From an uncultured Actinomycetota bacterium (lineage in GTDB: Bacteria; Actinomycetota; Actinomycetes; Mycobacteriales; Mycobacteriaceae): a DNA stretch of 64,000 nt. Every line of letters starts with the position of its first letter. Position 1 is the first letter of the stretch. Where the stretch lies: positions 535,029 through 599,028 of the forward strand of contig CAWCJU010000004.1 in assembly GCA_963796035.1 (NCBI GenBank), in the 5' to 3' direction. Positions 1 to 11,940 of this stretch are shown here, in pieces. The notes beneath the pieces are model-generated. The model ran no database searches. It was not told where the DNA came from and saw only the letters and a program-made list of their open reading frames with translations. The position numbers and the translations under genes are program-made.

Positions 1-2
1 CG

Positions 3-152
3 GCGGCATGGGGCGCCGGCCGCAGATTCGCGCCGATTGCGACCGGCGACCACGAGGCCTCGCGAGGCAAAGAGGGACTCGTCAGCTTTTTGCTGATTTC
101 CCTGTCGCTGACGATCTTGGTCGGCGTCGCCATCGTGATCGCCGGGCTCTGA
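3..152 (+). CDS. 3' end of a membrane protein (partial, runs off window)
   Basis: Open frame 3..152 ends ...GLVSFLLISLSLTILVGVAIVIAGL*, a hydrophobic C-terminal helix. Confidence 0.5.
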   Translation, partial: AAWGAGRRFAPIATGDHEASRGKEGLVSFLLISLSLTILVGVAIVIAGL

Positions 153-169
153 CGACGACCGAGCGGTCA

Positions 170-408
170 CCGCACCTTCCTCCTGGGGGGCCGGGATTGT
201 GGCGCGACAACCACGGCACGTAGGAACGTTTCGTGAAGGTGTCACAGACGGTGTCGAGTTCGGGTACGTCAATGCCCGGGATCTGCGGCATCGCGGGGCG
301 CACCAGCATGTGCATCGCGATGGGCGCCATCAGCTGCTGGATGAGCAGTGGCAGCGGGACATCGTGCAGTCGCCCGGCTTCGACTTCGCCGGTCAGCCAG
401 CCGCCTAG
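170..408 (-). pseudogene. 5'-truncated fragment resembling the C-terminal domain of a TetR-family regulator
   Basis: Minus frame reads LGGWLTGEVEAGRLHDVPLPLLIQQLMAPIAMHMLVRP...PELDTVCDTF. It has no start codon or HTH and begins right after the oxidoreductase stop. Confidence 0.45.
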
Positions 409-410
409 GG

Positions 411-1619
411 CTAGACCATGTGGACATCAGACGTCCGGACATGCTCGGGACGGAAACCCCGCCCGACGAAAATCGGCGGGATCGCCTGCAGCGGGCCCAT
501 ACCCACGATCTTGGGGACGCGGATCGGCGACAGGTCACCGCTCAAATTGGGCGCGATCGCCCTGTCCTGCATCAACACCTGAAAAGCCTGAACGATCCGC
601 GTGGGCAGCTCGCGCCGCCGCTGCACCTTTGCGAGATCTTCGTCGGTCACCCGGCCTTTGCGCAGCGGGACGCACAGGATGTTCGCCGCGGCCACCGCGT
701 CGGCGACAGCGAGGTTGATGCCGACGCCGCCGGCCGGCGACATGGCGTGCGCGGCATCGCCGATGCACAGCAGGCCGGTCCGCCACCACGTCTCGAGCCG
801 GTCCACCCGCACGTCGAGCTGGCTGGTGTCGTCCCACGAACTCAGGTCGTTGACGTGCTCCCGCAGCCGCGGCTGCGCCCTGACGATCCGTTCCTTGAAT
901 TCCTCCAAGGATCCGTCCCGGGGATTCGACCCCTTCGGCATCAGATAGGCGATCTGCCAGTAATCGCCCCGGTAGATCATGGCCATCATCAGGCCCTTAC
1001 GGAGCACGGCGAACAGTTCCTCGGGGTCGCCCGGGCGCCATTTCAGCCGGAACCACAGCACGTCCATCGGGGAGTGCGCCTCGGCGGTCTGCAGCCCCGC
1101 AGCGGCGCGCACCGCGGACTTGCGTCCATCCGCGGCTATCACCAGCTGGGCACGCACCTCGAGGTCTGGCGTGCGCACCCCGGCCACCCGATCGCCCTCG
1201 ACGATCAGGTCGGTGACCTCAGCATTGCGGACCAGGGTGAATTCCGGGTAGGCAGAAGCCTTTTCGGCGAGGAAGTCGAGAAAGTCCCATTGCGGCATCA
1301 TGGCGATATAGGGCTGCCTGAACCCGAGCCGCTTGAGCACTTTGAAGTTGCCGAAGGTGCGAATCGAGCCGTCGGTGTCGAAGGCGACGCGCTTGATCTT
1401 GGTGTGCGGTAGCCGCAGGAACTCGTCGATGAACCCCAGCTCGTCCATGATCCGCAGTGTCGTCGGATGCACGGTGTCGCCGCGAAAGTCACGCAGGAAG
1501 TCGTTGTGCTTTTCCAGGACGACAACCCGGATTCCGGCACGGGCGAGCAGCAGGGCGTGAACCATGCCGGCCGGACCGCCGCCGACAACACATACCTGGG
1601 TCTGCACAACTTGCGTCAT
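411..1619 (-). CDS. FAD-dependent oxidoreductase/monooxygenase (UbiH/PheA-like)
   Basis: VVGGGPAG dinucleotide motif, ADG motif, IGDAAHAMSPAGGVGINLA motif; start placed at MTQVVQ. Confidence 0.9.
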   Translation of the reverse strand: MTQVVQTQVCVVGGGPAGMVHALLLARAGIRVVVLEKHNDFLRDFRGDTVHPTTLRIMDELGFIDEFLRLPHTKIKRVAFDTDGSIRTFGNFKVLKRLGFRQPYIAMMPQWDFLDFLAEKASAYPEFTLVRNAEVTDLIVEGDRVAGVRTPDLEVRAQLVIAADGRKSAVRAAAGLQTAEAHSPMDVLWFRLKWRPGDPEELFAVLRKGLMMAMIYRGDYWQIAYLMPKGSNPRDGSLEEFKERIVRAQPRLREHVNDLSSWDDTSQLDVRVDRLETWWRTGLLCIGDAAHAMSPAGGVGINLAVADAVAAANILCVPLRKGRVTDEDLAKVQRRRELPTRIVQAFQVLMQDRAIAPNLSGDLSPIRVPKIVGMGPLQAIPPIFVGRGFRPEHVRTSDVHMV

Positions 1620-1641
1620 GGGGTGGGACTCCTCGTGGAGT

Positions 1642-2109
1642 TCAGCGTGGTGGGCCGAGAATGACCTGTCCGAACTTGTCCGCTCCCTCGGCCACCCGTG
1701 CGGGCGAGATCTCGAAACCCTCTGGGCGCGCCGTTGCCTTGTCACGACCTGCGTAGCGGAACATACCTTCGATTCCCGCGGGGGTGTTGATCATGAGCAA
1801 GTCCGCTTTCTTGGATGTGATGCGGTATGCGTGCGGGATGTTCTTGGGCAAGAAGACAATACCGCCTTCCGATAGCTCCATCTCCTGGTCGTCGAGCCAG
1901 AGCAACGCTGTCCCCTTGATCAGCATGAAGACCTCATCCTCGCGCGTGTGTTTGTGATACGGGGGCGCTTCACCCTCACTGACATCGAAGCGTCCGACCA
2001 TCAACTGGCCATCCGTGGCCTTGCCGTCGAGCAAGATCGCCAGGGTGCCGCCGTCGAGCCATTCCAACTGCTGCTGCTGCTCCGGTTGGGCCAGGTATGC
2101 CATGCTCAT
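1642..2109 (-). CDS. Cupin domain protein
   Basis: PPYHKHTREDEVF and FLPKNIPHAY cupin motifs; start placed at MSMAYLAQ after a GAGGGA-like RBS. Confidence 0.85.
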   Translation of the reverse strand: MSMAYLAQPEQQQQLEWLDGGTLAILLDGKATDGQLMVGRFDVSEGEAPPYHKHTREDEVFMLIKGTALLWLDDQEMELSEGGIVFLPKNIPHAYRITSKKADLLMINTPAGIEGMFRYAGRDKATARPEGFEISPARVAEGADKFGQVILGPPR

Positions 2110-2257
2110 GCGTCGTCCCTCTTCGTTGACGGCGGGAGCACCAGGTTTCTCCCGTGTGGATCTAGTTGGCGCGACATCAATGTCGATGGTCGACAATATC
2201 CATGCATGCCGAGCCTAGGGTCGCACTCCGTGGAAGAGGACGGTGCCCCTTCCGGTG

Positions 2258-2840
2258 TCATGAGGCAGAGACGTCAGCATCGGCATCGGCGGTTGCGGTC
2301 AGTTGGGCGATGGCTAGGTCGAATGGCTCGGGGCTGCGCAAGGCGCGGCCAAGGATGAGCGCTCCTTCCACGTTGGTCCACACGCTGGTTGCCAGCTCCA
2401 CGGCCCTGTCGTGGCTGAGGCCTTTTTCGGTGAGCCGCGCTGCCAGCGTGGTGATCAGATCCCTGAAGGCGCGCCGCGTCGCATCGCTGAGTTGATCGGA
2501 GGCGGGCGTCGACTCGATGACGATGGGAGCGACCGCGCAGCCCTGGCGGTAATTGCTTGAGACCAGGTCGTCACGTTCGCGGCCGATGAACGCCGCGATC
2601 AGTTCCGCCGCGGTGCGGCTGGCGGCCGCCGCGCGGTTGATGTCTGCGATCCGGTCGGTTGCGTGCAGGAGGGTGACCTCGGTGGCGAGCTCTTCCTTTC
2701 CGCCGGGGAAGTGAAAGTAGATCGAACCACGCGGGGCGGCGCTCTCGGTCACGACGTCCGACAGAGCGGTGCCGAGATAGCCGTGTTCGCGGAACAGGCC
2801 AGCACCCGGTTCGGCAGCTTCAACACACCCCACATCACCA
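2258..2840 (-). CDS. TetR/AcrR family transcriptional regulator (N-terminus uncertain or damaged)
   Basis: LFREHGYLGTALSDVVTESAAPRGSIYFHFPGGKEEL HTH signature; GCAVAP motif. Confidence 0.8.
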
Positions 2841-2950
2841 CGGTGGGAATCGAGTTGGACCACAAGCTTGCCGCGTTGCTGGAGCACCTGAGTGCTCCCG
2901 TGCCGACCGCGCTCACCGAAGGTTGACCAACGCCAACGCTTTACAAAACA

Positions 2951-2982
2951 AAACACCCCCGGCCGGATGACCGGGGGTGTTT
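2951..2982 (-). terminator. Intrinsic terminator of groEL1
   Basis: 12-bp stem AAACACCCCCGG/CCGGGGGTGTTT followed on the minus strand by a T-rich tract, just after the groEL1 stop. Confidence 0.85.
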
Positions 2983-2993
2983 CGCATTGCTCG

Positions 2994-4615
<1,622 letters not shown>

Positions 4616-4695
4616 CAGGCTCCTTCAGCCAAACGCGTGCCGCCCCGGAAATCACCCGCGCAGGACGCGGGGATCCCCGGGGCGGAACACGGTTC

Positions 4696-4998
4696 TTACT
4701 TGGAGACGACAGCCAGCACGTCGCGTGCCGACAGGATCAGGTACTCCTCGCCGTTGTACTTGATCTCGGTGCCGCCGTACTTGCTGTAGATGACGGTGTC
4801 GCCTTCCGAGACGTCCAGCGGGATGCGCTTCGCGCCGTCCTCGTCCCACCGGCCGGGGCCGACTGCGACGACGGTGCCTTCCTGCGGCTTCTCCTTGGCG
4901 GTGTCAGGAATGACCAGACCAGACGCGGTCGTGGTCTCGGCCTCGTTGGCCTGCACGAGAATCTTGTCCTCGAGTGGCTTGATCTTCACCTTCGCCAC
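4696..4998 (-). CDS. groES: Co-chaperonin GroES
   Basis: [41 protein letters not shown], intact 100 aa. Confidence 0.98.
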   Translation of the reverse strand: MAKVKIKPLEDKILVQANEAETTTASGLVIPDTAKEKPQEGTVVAVGPGRWDEDGAKRIPLDVSEGDTVIYSKYGGTEIKYNGEEYLILSARDVLAVVSK

Positions 4999-5166
4999 GA
5001 TTGGAGCCCTCCAGTGTTTGGGTCGGGTCCGGGATGTCCCCGGACCGGAGTTGGCGGCCGGTCCGGGGTTTTCCCCGAACCGTCCGAATTATCAGGTGTT
5101 CGGCATCCGTCCGTGCCCGAGCGCCGTCGTCGCGGGTGCCGACACAGGGGCTTGGCCGATTGCCAC

Positions 5167-5193
5167 CTAGCACTCTATACATGCGAGTGCTAG
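5167..5193. promoter_or_regulatory. CIRCE element (HrcA operator)
   Basis: CTAGCACTC-N9-GAGTGCTAG upstream of groES, matching TTAGCACTC-N9-GAGTGCTAA. Confidence 0.92.
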
Positions 5194-5249
5194 CACTCAA
5201 GGGCGCCCCGCTGCTTCTCCGCCGTGGGCGCGTCCGCGCTCAGCGAACA

Positions 5250-6276
5250 TCAGCTCATCTGCCCTTTTACCACCGGCAGGCCGGGGTCGCTCGGCACGTC
5301 CAGCGGCGAGGGCGGCGCCCCGGCGGCCACCAGATGCGCGGCGAAGGACGCGATCATCGCCCCGTTGTCGGTGCACAGCCGGGGCCTGGGGATGCGCAGC
5401 GTCAGCCCGGCCGCCGCGCAGCGCTGCTCCGGCCAGCTCGCGCAACCGCGAATTCGCGGCCACCCCGCCCGCGATCAGCAGGGTCTTCACGCCGAGCCCG
5501 GTGGCCGCGCGTACGGCCTTTTTGGTCAGCACGTCGGCGACAGCTTCCTGGAAGCCGGCCGCGATGTCGGCGTTCCCCGCGTCCGGGTGGCTCTCCAGAT
5601 ATCGCGCGACGGCCGTCTTGAGGCCCGAGAAGCTGAACGCGTGCGGGTCGTCGCGCGGCCCGGTCATGCCGCGCGGGAAGGCGATGGCGTCGCGGTCGCC
5701 GGTGCGGGCCAGTTCGTCGAGCACCCTGCCGCCCGGATAGCCCAGCCCCAGCAGCCGCGCCACCTTGTCGTAGGCCTCGCCGGCGGCGTCGTCGACGGTG
5801 CTGCCCAGCTCGACGATCGGCTCGCCCAGCGAGCGCACATGCAGCAGGTGGGTGTGGCCGCCGGAGACCAGCAGCGCCACACACTCGGGCAGCGGACCGT
5901 GCTCGTAGACGTCGGCGGCCAGATGTCCGCCCAGGTGGTTCACCGCGTAGAAGGGCACTCCCCAGGCGGCCGAATACGCTTTGGCCGCAGCGACTCCCAC
6001 CAGCAGGGCGCCGGCCAGCCCGGGCCCGATGGTGGCCGCGACGATGTCGGGCTTGTCCAGGCCGGCGGTCGACAGCGCGCGGCGCATCGCGGGCCCCAGC
6101 GCCTCCAGGTGTGCGCGTGAGGCGATCTCGGGGACCACGCCGCCGAACCGCACGTGTTCGTCGACGCTGGAGGCGACCTCGTCGGCCAGCAGCGTCACGG
6201 TGCCGTCGGCGTCCAGCCGCGCGATGCCGACTCCCGTTTCGTCGCAAGAGGTTTCGATGGCGAGGATGGTTTTCAC
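5250..6276 (-). CDS. tsaD: tRNA N6-adenosine threonylcarbamoyltransferase TsaD (frameshift near 5430)
   Basis: [35 protein letters not shown]; CTDNGAMIA in a shifted frame. Confidence 0.95.
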
Positions 6277-6763
6277 AGGGCTCCCCCGCAAGCGGGAGGG
6301 CCCCCACCCGCCGCATCGTGTACGCGTCGGCGCCGCTGACGCGGTAGTAACGCCGGCGCAGGCCGATCTGCTCGAACCCGACGCTGGCATACAGCCCGAT
6401 CGCCGCCTCGTTGTCGGTGCGGACTTCCAGGTACACGGCCCCGCCGTCGGCGAAGGTCAGCAGCTCGTCGAGCAACCGGCGGCCGATGCCGCGGCCCTGG
6501 TACGCGGGATCCACGCCGATGGTGTGCACCTCGTACTCGTAGGGCGGGGTGCGGCCCAGCCGCGAGATACCGGCGTAGCCAACCAGCGTCTCGCCGACCC
6601 GTGCGCCCACGTAATGGTTGTGGGCACTTGTCAATTCGCGGTGGAACGCCGCCGCGGGCCAGGGGTCGTCGCCGTCGAAGAGCTGCGCCTCCAGCTCGGC
6701 GCAGCGCTGCGCGTCGGCCCGGGTCAGGCCGCCGAAGGTCACGGCCTCGCTGCGGGCGGTCAT
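6273..6763 (-). CDS. rimI: Ribosomal protein alanine N-acetyltransferase RimI (indel near 3' end)
   Basis: GNAT motifs [35 protein letters not shown]; located between tsaB and tsaD. Confidence 0.92.
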
Positions 6764-7384
6764 TGGTGTGCCGCCAACGGTTTGGCGTCGGGCCGACGCA
6801 GATACAGGGCCACCAGCGGCTCCGGGTCGGCGGACCAATCGGCGACCGCCGCAACCAATCCGGCCGGCGTCGGGCAGCTCGGTTCGCACACCGGCAAACC
6901 GAACAGGCCGGCGTGTTCAGGTGAACCGGCGACGGCCGCGGCGGTACCCGGGTCGACGTCGGCCGGGGCATTGACCGCGGGGCCGTGGGTGCGCGCGCCG
7001 TCGCGAGTAGCGGGCCCAGTAGACCTCGCGGCGGCGGGCGTCGGTGACCACCAGGGTGTCGCCGGCGGTTCGCACGCCGATGGCGTCCAGGCTGCACACA
7101 CCGTGCACCGGGATGCCGAGCGCATGTCCGTAGGCGGCGGCGGTCGCCATCCCGGCCCGCAGGCCGGTGAACGGCCCCGGACCGCAGCCCACCACGACGG
7201 CGTCCAGGTCGCCCATCGTCAACTCCGCATCGGCCAGGGCAGCAACGACATTCGGGGTGAGCCGTTCGGCGTGGGCCCGGGCGTCGACGGTGACCCGCTG
7301 GGCCAGCACGCACAGGTCGTCACGGCGCACGATGCCGGCCGTCACCGCCGGGGTGGACGTGTCGAGGGCAAGGACGATGCTCAT
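6760..7384 (-). CDS. tsaB: TsaB (frameshift near 7010)
   Basis: VLALDTST, GPGPFTGLRAG, DARRREVY, LYLRRPDA. Confidence 0.93.
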
Positions 7385-7937
7385 GAATCATCCTCGTAAT
7401 GGCGTTGTCGGCGTTGTCGGCCCACCGCCAGGTCGCGATCCGCACGTCGGAGTGGCTGAGGCGCTCCAGCCGGATGTCCAGATGCCGCTCGGCGAGCCGC
7501 TCGACCAGGCCCTCGCCCCATTCCACCACGACGACAGCGTCGTCGAGATCGCTGTCCAAGTCCAGTGAATCGAGTTCACCGAGCAGGTCGGCGCCCTGGT
7601 TGTCGGTGTGGTCGAGCAACCGGTACATGTCGACGTGAATCATGGCCGGCGCGCCGGCCCGTCGCGGCGGATGCACCCGCGCCAACACGTAGGACGGCGA
7701 GGTGACCGGCCCGTCGACATCCATCGCCGCGGCAATGCCCTTGGCCAGCACGGTCTTTCCCGCGCCGAGCGGGCCGGAGAGCACCACCACGTCACCCGCC
7801 CGCAATTGCTGGCCCAGCCGCGACCCCAGCGCCATGGTGTCCTCGACGCGCTCGCACGTCGCGGTGCCCTCTGCCTGCGGCGATCGCAAGCGCGGCGCAG
7901 CCGGGCGCGGCGGGTCGCCGCCATCAAACTCAGCCAC
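7381..7937 (-). CDS. tsaE: TsaE ATPase (indel near 3' end)
   Basis: LSGPLGAGKT P-loop, VTSPSY, HVDMYRL, VVEWG. Confidence 0.93.
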
Positions 7938-9042
7938 GGCGCCGCAGACTTTCTCGCATCCGTCGCATCCGCAGTGCCGCCTTGCTCGGGGTGGCGCGCC
8001 TGACCAATCGCACCAGTCCCCCGTTGATGGCATCCGGCTTGTCCAGCAAGGCCAGGTGGCTGGCCCCGGCGACGATGACCAGCTCGGACTGCGGCAGGCT
8101 GGCGGCCATCTTTCGTGAATACTCGTCCGGGGTGAGCAGGTCGTGGTCGCCGCATGCGATCAGGGTCGGGACGCGCAGCAGCGTCCACAGCCCGGCGGTC
8201 TCGTCGTGCTTTTCCAACGCGTCCAGGAAACCCGCCATGGTGGGGATCGGTGTGCTGTTCATCATGCGCTGGGAGAACGCGTCCAGGGTCCGGCTGACCT
8301 GCAGGTCGCTGTAGGAGGCGGCCCGCAGCACCGGACCGATCAACGACCGGGACACGTTGCGGCCCCGGTGCATCAGCTTCGGTGCGGACCGTGCGGCAAC
8401 CCGGACCGCTTCCAGCGCAGGGTTTTTCAGGATCTCCCCCAATGGTGACCTCGAAACACCTTCGGCCGCTGAGGAAATCAACGCGGCGCCCACGATACGG
8501 CGCCCGTACTGCTCGGGGAACTGGCGGGCGTGGGACAACACCGTCATGCCGCCCATCGAGTGGCCCACCAGCAGGATCATTCCGCGCGGTGCCACCACGT
8601 TCAGCACGGTTTGCAGGTCCCTGCCGAGTTGGGTCAGCGTGTAGGTCTCGGGGTCGGCCTCGCCGGACCTGCCGTGTCCGCGCTGATCGTAGAAGACCAT
8701 CCGCACGTCGGGGCCCAATTGCGCGGACAGCCGCGTGCGCTGAAAATGAAAGGCGCCCATCTGCAAGCAGAATCCGTGGACGAACACCAGGGTCAGCGGC
8801 GCATCGGCAGGGCCGGCGTCGCGGACCGCCAGCGGTATCCCGTCGGGAGTGGTGACAACCAGGCTGGGGTCGTTCTCGAGCGTGTTGAAATCCTCATGGG
8901 CGTAAGGATCTTCACCCGTGGCGCGTTGGGTCATCGACCGGCGGGCCGAGGCTCCGACGATGGCGGCGACGGCCGTCACCCCCGCGCCTCCCGCAAGCCA
9001 GGCCCTGCCCTTGTGGCGCCTGCGGGTTCGGTCAGGACTCAA
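7930..9042 (-). CDS. Alpha/beta fold hydrolase
   Basis: [19 protein letters not shown] nucleophile elbow, GASHL. Confidence 0.92.
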   Translation of the reverse strand: MSPDRTRRRHKGRAWLAGGAGVTAVAAIVGASARRSMTQRATGEDPYAHEDFNTLENDPSLVVTTPDGIPLAVRDAGPADAPLTLVFVHGFCLQMGAFHFQRTRLSAQLGPDVRMVFYDQRGHGRSGEADPETYTLTQLGRDLQTVLNVVAPRGMILLVGHSMGGMTVLSHARQFPEQYGRRIVGAALISSAAEGVSRSPLGEILKNPALEAVRVAARSAPKLMHRGRNVSRSLIGPVLRAASYSDLQVSRTLDAFSQRMMNSTPIPTMAGFLDALEKHDETAGLWTLLRVPTLIACGDHDLLTPDEYSRKMAASLPQSELVIVAGASHLALLDKPDAINGGLVRLVRRATPSKAALRMRRMRESLRRRG

Positions 9043-10198
9043 CGGTCCGCGCCTCGCGGTAGGTCCGGGTGATCCGCCCGCGGGGGCTGGTCACCACTTC
9101 GTAGTGGATGGTGCCGAGCAGATCGGCCCAATCCTGTGCGGTGGGTTCACCGCCGGCGCCGGGCCCGAACAGGATCGCCTCGTCACCTTCGGCCACGTCG
9201 GTGCGCCCCGGGCCGAGGTCGACGACGAACTGGTCCATGCAGATCCGGCCGACACCAGGCCGTCGCCTGCCGTTGATCAACACCTCCAGCCGCCCGCCCA
9301 GCGACCGGAAGATGCCGTCGGCGTAGCCGACCGGCAGCAGCGCGAGGTTCGTGTCGCGCTGCGCGGTCCAGGTGTGGCCGTAGGACACGCTCTCCCCGGC
9401 GCGAATCGATTTCACCAGGGCCACAGTGCATTTCACTGTCATCGCCGGCACCAGGCCCATGTCGCCGAGCTCGGGGACCGGGCTCAGCCCGTAGATCGCG
9501 ATGCCGGGACGCACCATGTCGAAGGCCAGGTCCGGACGCGACATCGTGGCCGACGAGTTCGACAGGTGCGCCACCTCGAACCGCACACCCTGATCGCGCG
9601 CCTGGGCCAGCAGGTCGCTGAACCGTCGGGCCTGAAGGTTATTCACGGGATTGGCGGGCTGGTCGGCGTACACCATGTGCGACATCAGGCCCCGCAGCAC
9701 GATGGCCTCCTCGGCGACGGCCCGGCGCAGCGCGGTGAGCATCGAGTGGTATTGCCCCGGCGCCACCCCATTGCGGTTCAGCCCGGTGTCGACCTTGACG
9801 GTGACCGTCGCGGTCCGGCCGCTGCGGCGCGCCGCGTCCAGCAGCTCGTCGAGCTGGCGCTCCGACGACACGGCGATCTGGACATCGGCCAGCAGCGCGG
9901 GCCCGAAGTCGATGCCGGGCGGGTGCAGCCAGGCCAGCACGGGCGCGGTGATTCCGGCCGCGCGCAGCGCCAGCGCCTCTGCGACGGTGGCGACGCCCAA
10001 CTCGGTGGCCCCCGCGTCCAGTGCGGCGCGGGCCGTCTGGACGGCTCCGTGGCCGTAGCCGTCGGCCTTGACCACGGCCATCACCTGCGCGCCGCCGGCC
10101 TGCTCGCACAGCAGCCGCACGTTGTGCGCAATCGCGCCCAGGTCGACCAGGGCCTCGGCGAGGACGCCCGGTGTCAGGGATATCGGCGTAACGGCCAA
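9032..10198 (-). CDS. alr: Alanine racemase
   Basis: [14 protein letters not shown]-lysine motif, [17 protein letters not shown]; start placed at TTG (MAVTPIS). Confidence 0.96.
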   Translation of the reverse strand: MAVTPISLTPGVLAEALVDLGAIAHNVRLLCEQAGGAQVMAVVKADGYGHGAVQTARAALDAGATELGVATVAEALALRAAGITAPVLAWLHPPGIDFGPALLADVQIAVSSERQLDELLDAARRSGRTATVTVKVDTGLNRNGVAPGQYHSMLTALRRAVAEEAIVLRGLMSHMVYADQPANPVNNLQARRFSDLLAQARDQGVRFEVAHLSNSSATMSRPDLAFDMVRPGIAIYGLSPVPELGDMGLVPAMTVKCTVALVKSIRAGESVSYGHTWTAQRDTNLALLPVGYADGIFRSLGGRLEVLINGRRRPGVGRICMDQFVVDLGPGRTDVAEGDEAILFGPGAGGEPTAQDWADLLGTIHYEVVTSPRGRITRTYREARTVES

Positions 10199-10473
10199 GG
10201 AAGTCGCGCTCCCACTCGTCTGTCTGTCAGTTCGCAGCAGCCATTGTCCCAGAACGGGTCGGACACACCGCTCGCCGACGGCGTCCGGGCCGGACACAGC
10301 CGGGGCGCGTTGTCGCAAGGGTCACAGCCGTCACATGCGCCCCGGCGCGCAGGCGGACACCCGATTGCCCGCCTCTGAGCGACAGAGCGCCACATCAGCG
10401 CGGCCGCGGGTGCGTTGTCGCTGTGAGGCGGGCATTCGCGCACGTGCCTTCCCGGCCGTGGCCGTGCGGCCCA

Positions 10474-10518
10474 CGGGACAAAACCCCGCGCGACAAACCC
10501 CCGCGGGACAAAGCCCGG
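10474..10518. repeat. Three imperfect 15-bp tandem repeats
   Basis: CGGGACAAAACCCCG / CGCGACAAACCCCCG / CGGGACAAAGCCCGG directly after the gadB stop. Confidence 0.7.
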
Positions 10519-10526
10519 GGTCGGAC

Positions 10527-11918
10527 TCAGTGCGCGAAGTGCTCGGCGCTGTAGTGCCCGCCCGGCTTGAGCTTGTCCAGCGAGGCCAGCGCGGTGCGGG
10601 CGTCGTCGTGCAGGGCCCGGGCCAGGTCGGCGGACAGGCCCTCGCGCACCACGATGCGCAGCACCGAGATGTCGGTGGCGTTGTCGGGCATGGTGTAGGC
10701 GGGCACCTGCCAACCGAAGGTCCGCAGCTCGTGGGAGACGTCGAACTCGGTGTAGCCCAGACCGCGCTGCAGCCGGAAGGCGACCACCGGAATCGCGGAG
10801 CCGTCGGAGATCAGCTCGCAGTGGTCTCCAACCCGCAGTCGCTCACCCAGCCAGCGGGCGGTCGACGACAGCGTCTGCATGACCTGGGTGTAGCCCTCGC
10901 GGCCCAGCCGCAGGAAGTTGTAGTACTGGCCCACGACCTGGTTGCCGGGCCGGGAGAAGTTCAGCGTGAAGGTCGGCATGTCGCCACCCAGATAATTGAC
11001 GTGGAACACCAGGTCCTCGGGCAGGTACTCCTTGCTGCGCCACACCACGAAGCCGATGCCGGGGTAGGTCAGCCCGTATTTGTGGCCGCTGACGTTGATC
11101 GACACCACCCGGGGCAGCCGGAAGTCCCATTTGAGCTCGGGGTGCAGGAAGGGTACGACGAATCCACCGCTGGCGGCGTCGACGTGCACCGGCACATCGA
11201 CTCCCCCGCCGGCGGCCAGCTTGTCCAGCGCCGCGCAGATCTCCGCGATCGGTTCGAGCTCGCCGGTGTAGGTGGTGCCCAGGATCGCGACCACCCCGAT
11301 GGTGTTCTCGTCGACGGCGTCGAGGACCTGCTCCGGCGTGATGACGTAGCGCCCCTCCTCCATCGGCAGGTAGCGGGGTTCGACGTCGAAGTAGCGGCAG
11401 AACTTCTCCCAGACCACCTGGACGTTGGAGCCCATCACCATGTTCGGCGTGCGCGTCTTCCAGCCGTCCTTTCCGGAGCCGACCTTTGCCCGCCACCGCC
11501 ACTTCATCGCCAGCCCGCCGAGCATCACCGCCTCGCTGGAGCCGATCGTCGACACCCCGATCGCGCTGGACGGGTCGTCGTCGCGCAGGCCGTCGGCGTG
11601 GAACAGGTCGGCCACCATGCACACGCAGCGCTGCTCGATCGCTGCCGTCAGCGGATATTCGTCCTTGTCGATCATGTTCTTGTCGAACGTCTCGGCCATC
11701 AGCCGGTCCGCCTGGGGATCCATCCAGGTGGTGACGAAGGTGGCCAGGTTCAGCCGCGAACTCCCGTCGAGCATCAGCTCATCGTGGATGAAGCGGTAGG
11801 CGGCCTCGGGGTCCATCGACTCCTCGGGAAGCCGCAGCGCGGGCACCGGGGTGGTGAACATCCGGCCGGTGTAGGCCGGGGCGATGGTGTGGGCGCGCAT
11901 CGAAGGGTGTTGTGGCAC
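10527..11918 (-). CDS. gadB: Glutamate decarboxylase
   Basis: NLATFVTTWM, KNMIDKDEYP, HVDAASGGF, SGHKYGL. Confidence 0.97.
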   Translation of the reverse strand: MPQHPSMRAHTIAPAYTGRMFTTPVPALRLPEESMDPEAAYRFIHDELMLDGSSRLNLATFVTTWMDPQADRLMAETFDKNMIDKDEYPLTAAIEQRCVCMVADLFHADGLRDDDPSSAIGVSTIGSSEAVMLGGLAMKWRWRAKVGSGKDGWKTRTPNMVMGSNVQVVWEKFCRYFDVEPRYLPMEEGRYVITPEQVLDAVDENTIGVVAILGTTYTGELEPIAEICAALDKLAAGGGVDVPVHVDAASGGFVVPFLHPELKWDFRLPRVVSINVSGHKYGLTYPGIGFVVWRSKEYLPEDLVFHVNYLGGDMPTFTLNFSRPGNQVVGQYYNFLRLGREGYTQVMQTLSSTARWLGERLRVGDHCELISDGSAIPVVAFRLQRGLGYTEFDVSHELRTFGWQVPAYTMPDNATDISVLRIVVREGLSADLARALHDDARTALASLDKLKPGGHYSAEHFAH

Positions 11919-11940
11919 TGAGAAATCCTCTCTAAAGGGT

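Noticed and set aside
5197-7400. Programmed frameshifting or tsaB-rimI-tsaD fusions
   Set aside because: No slippery-site pattern; the apparent read-through is explained by single indels next to normal ATGA/GTGA overlaps
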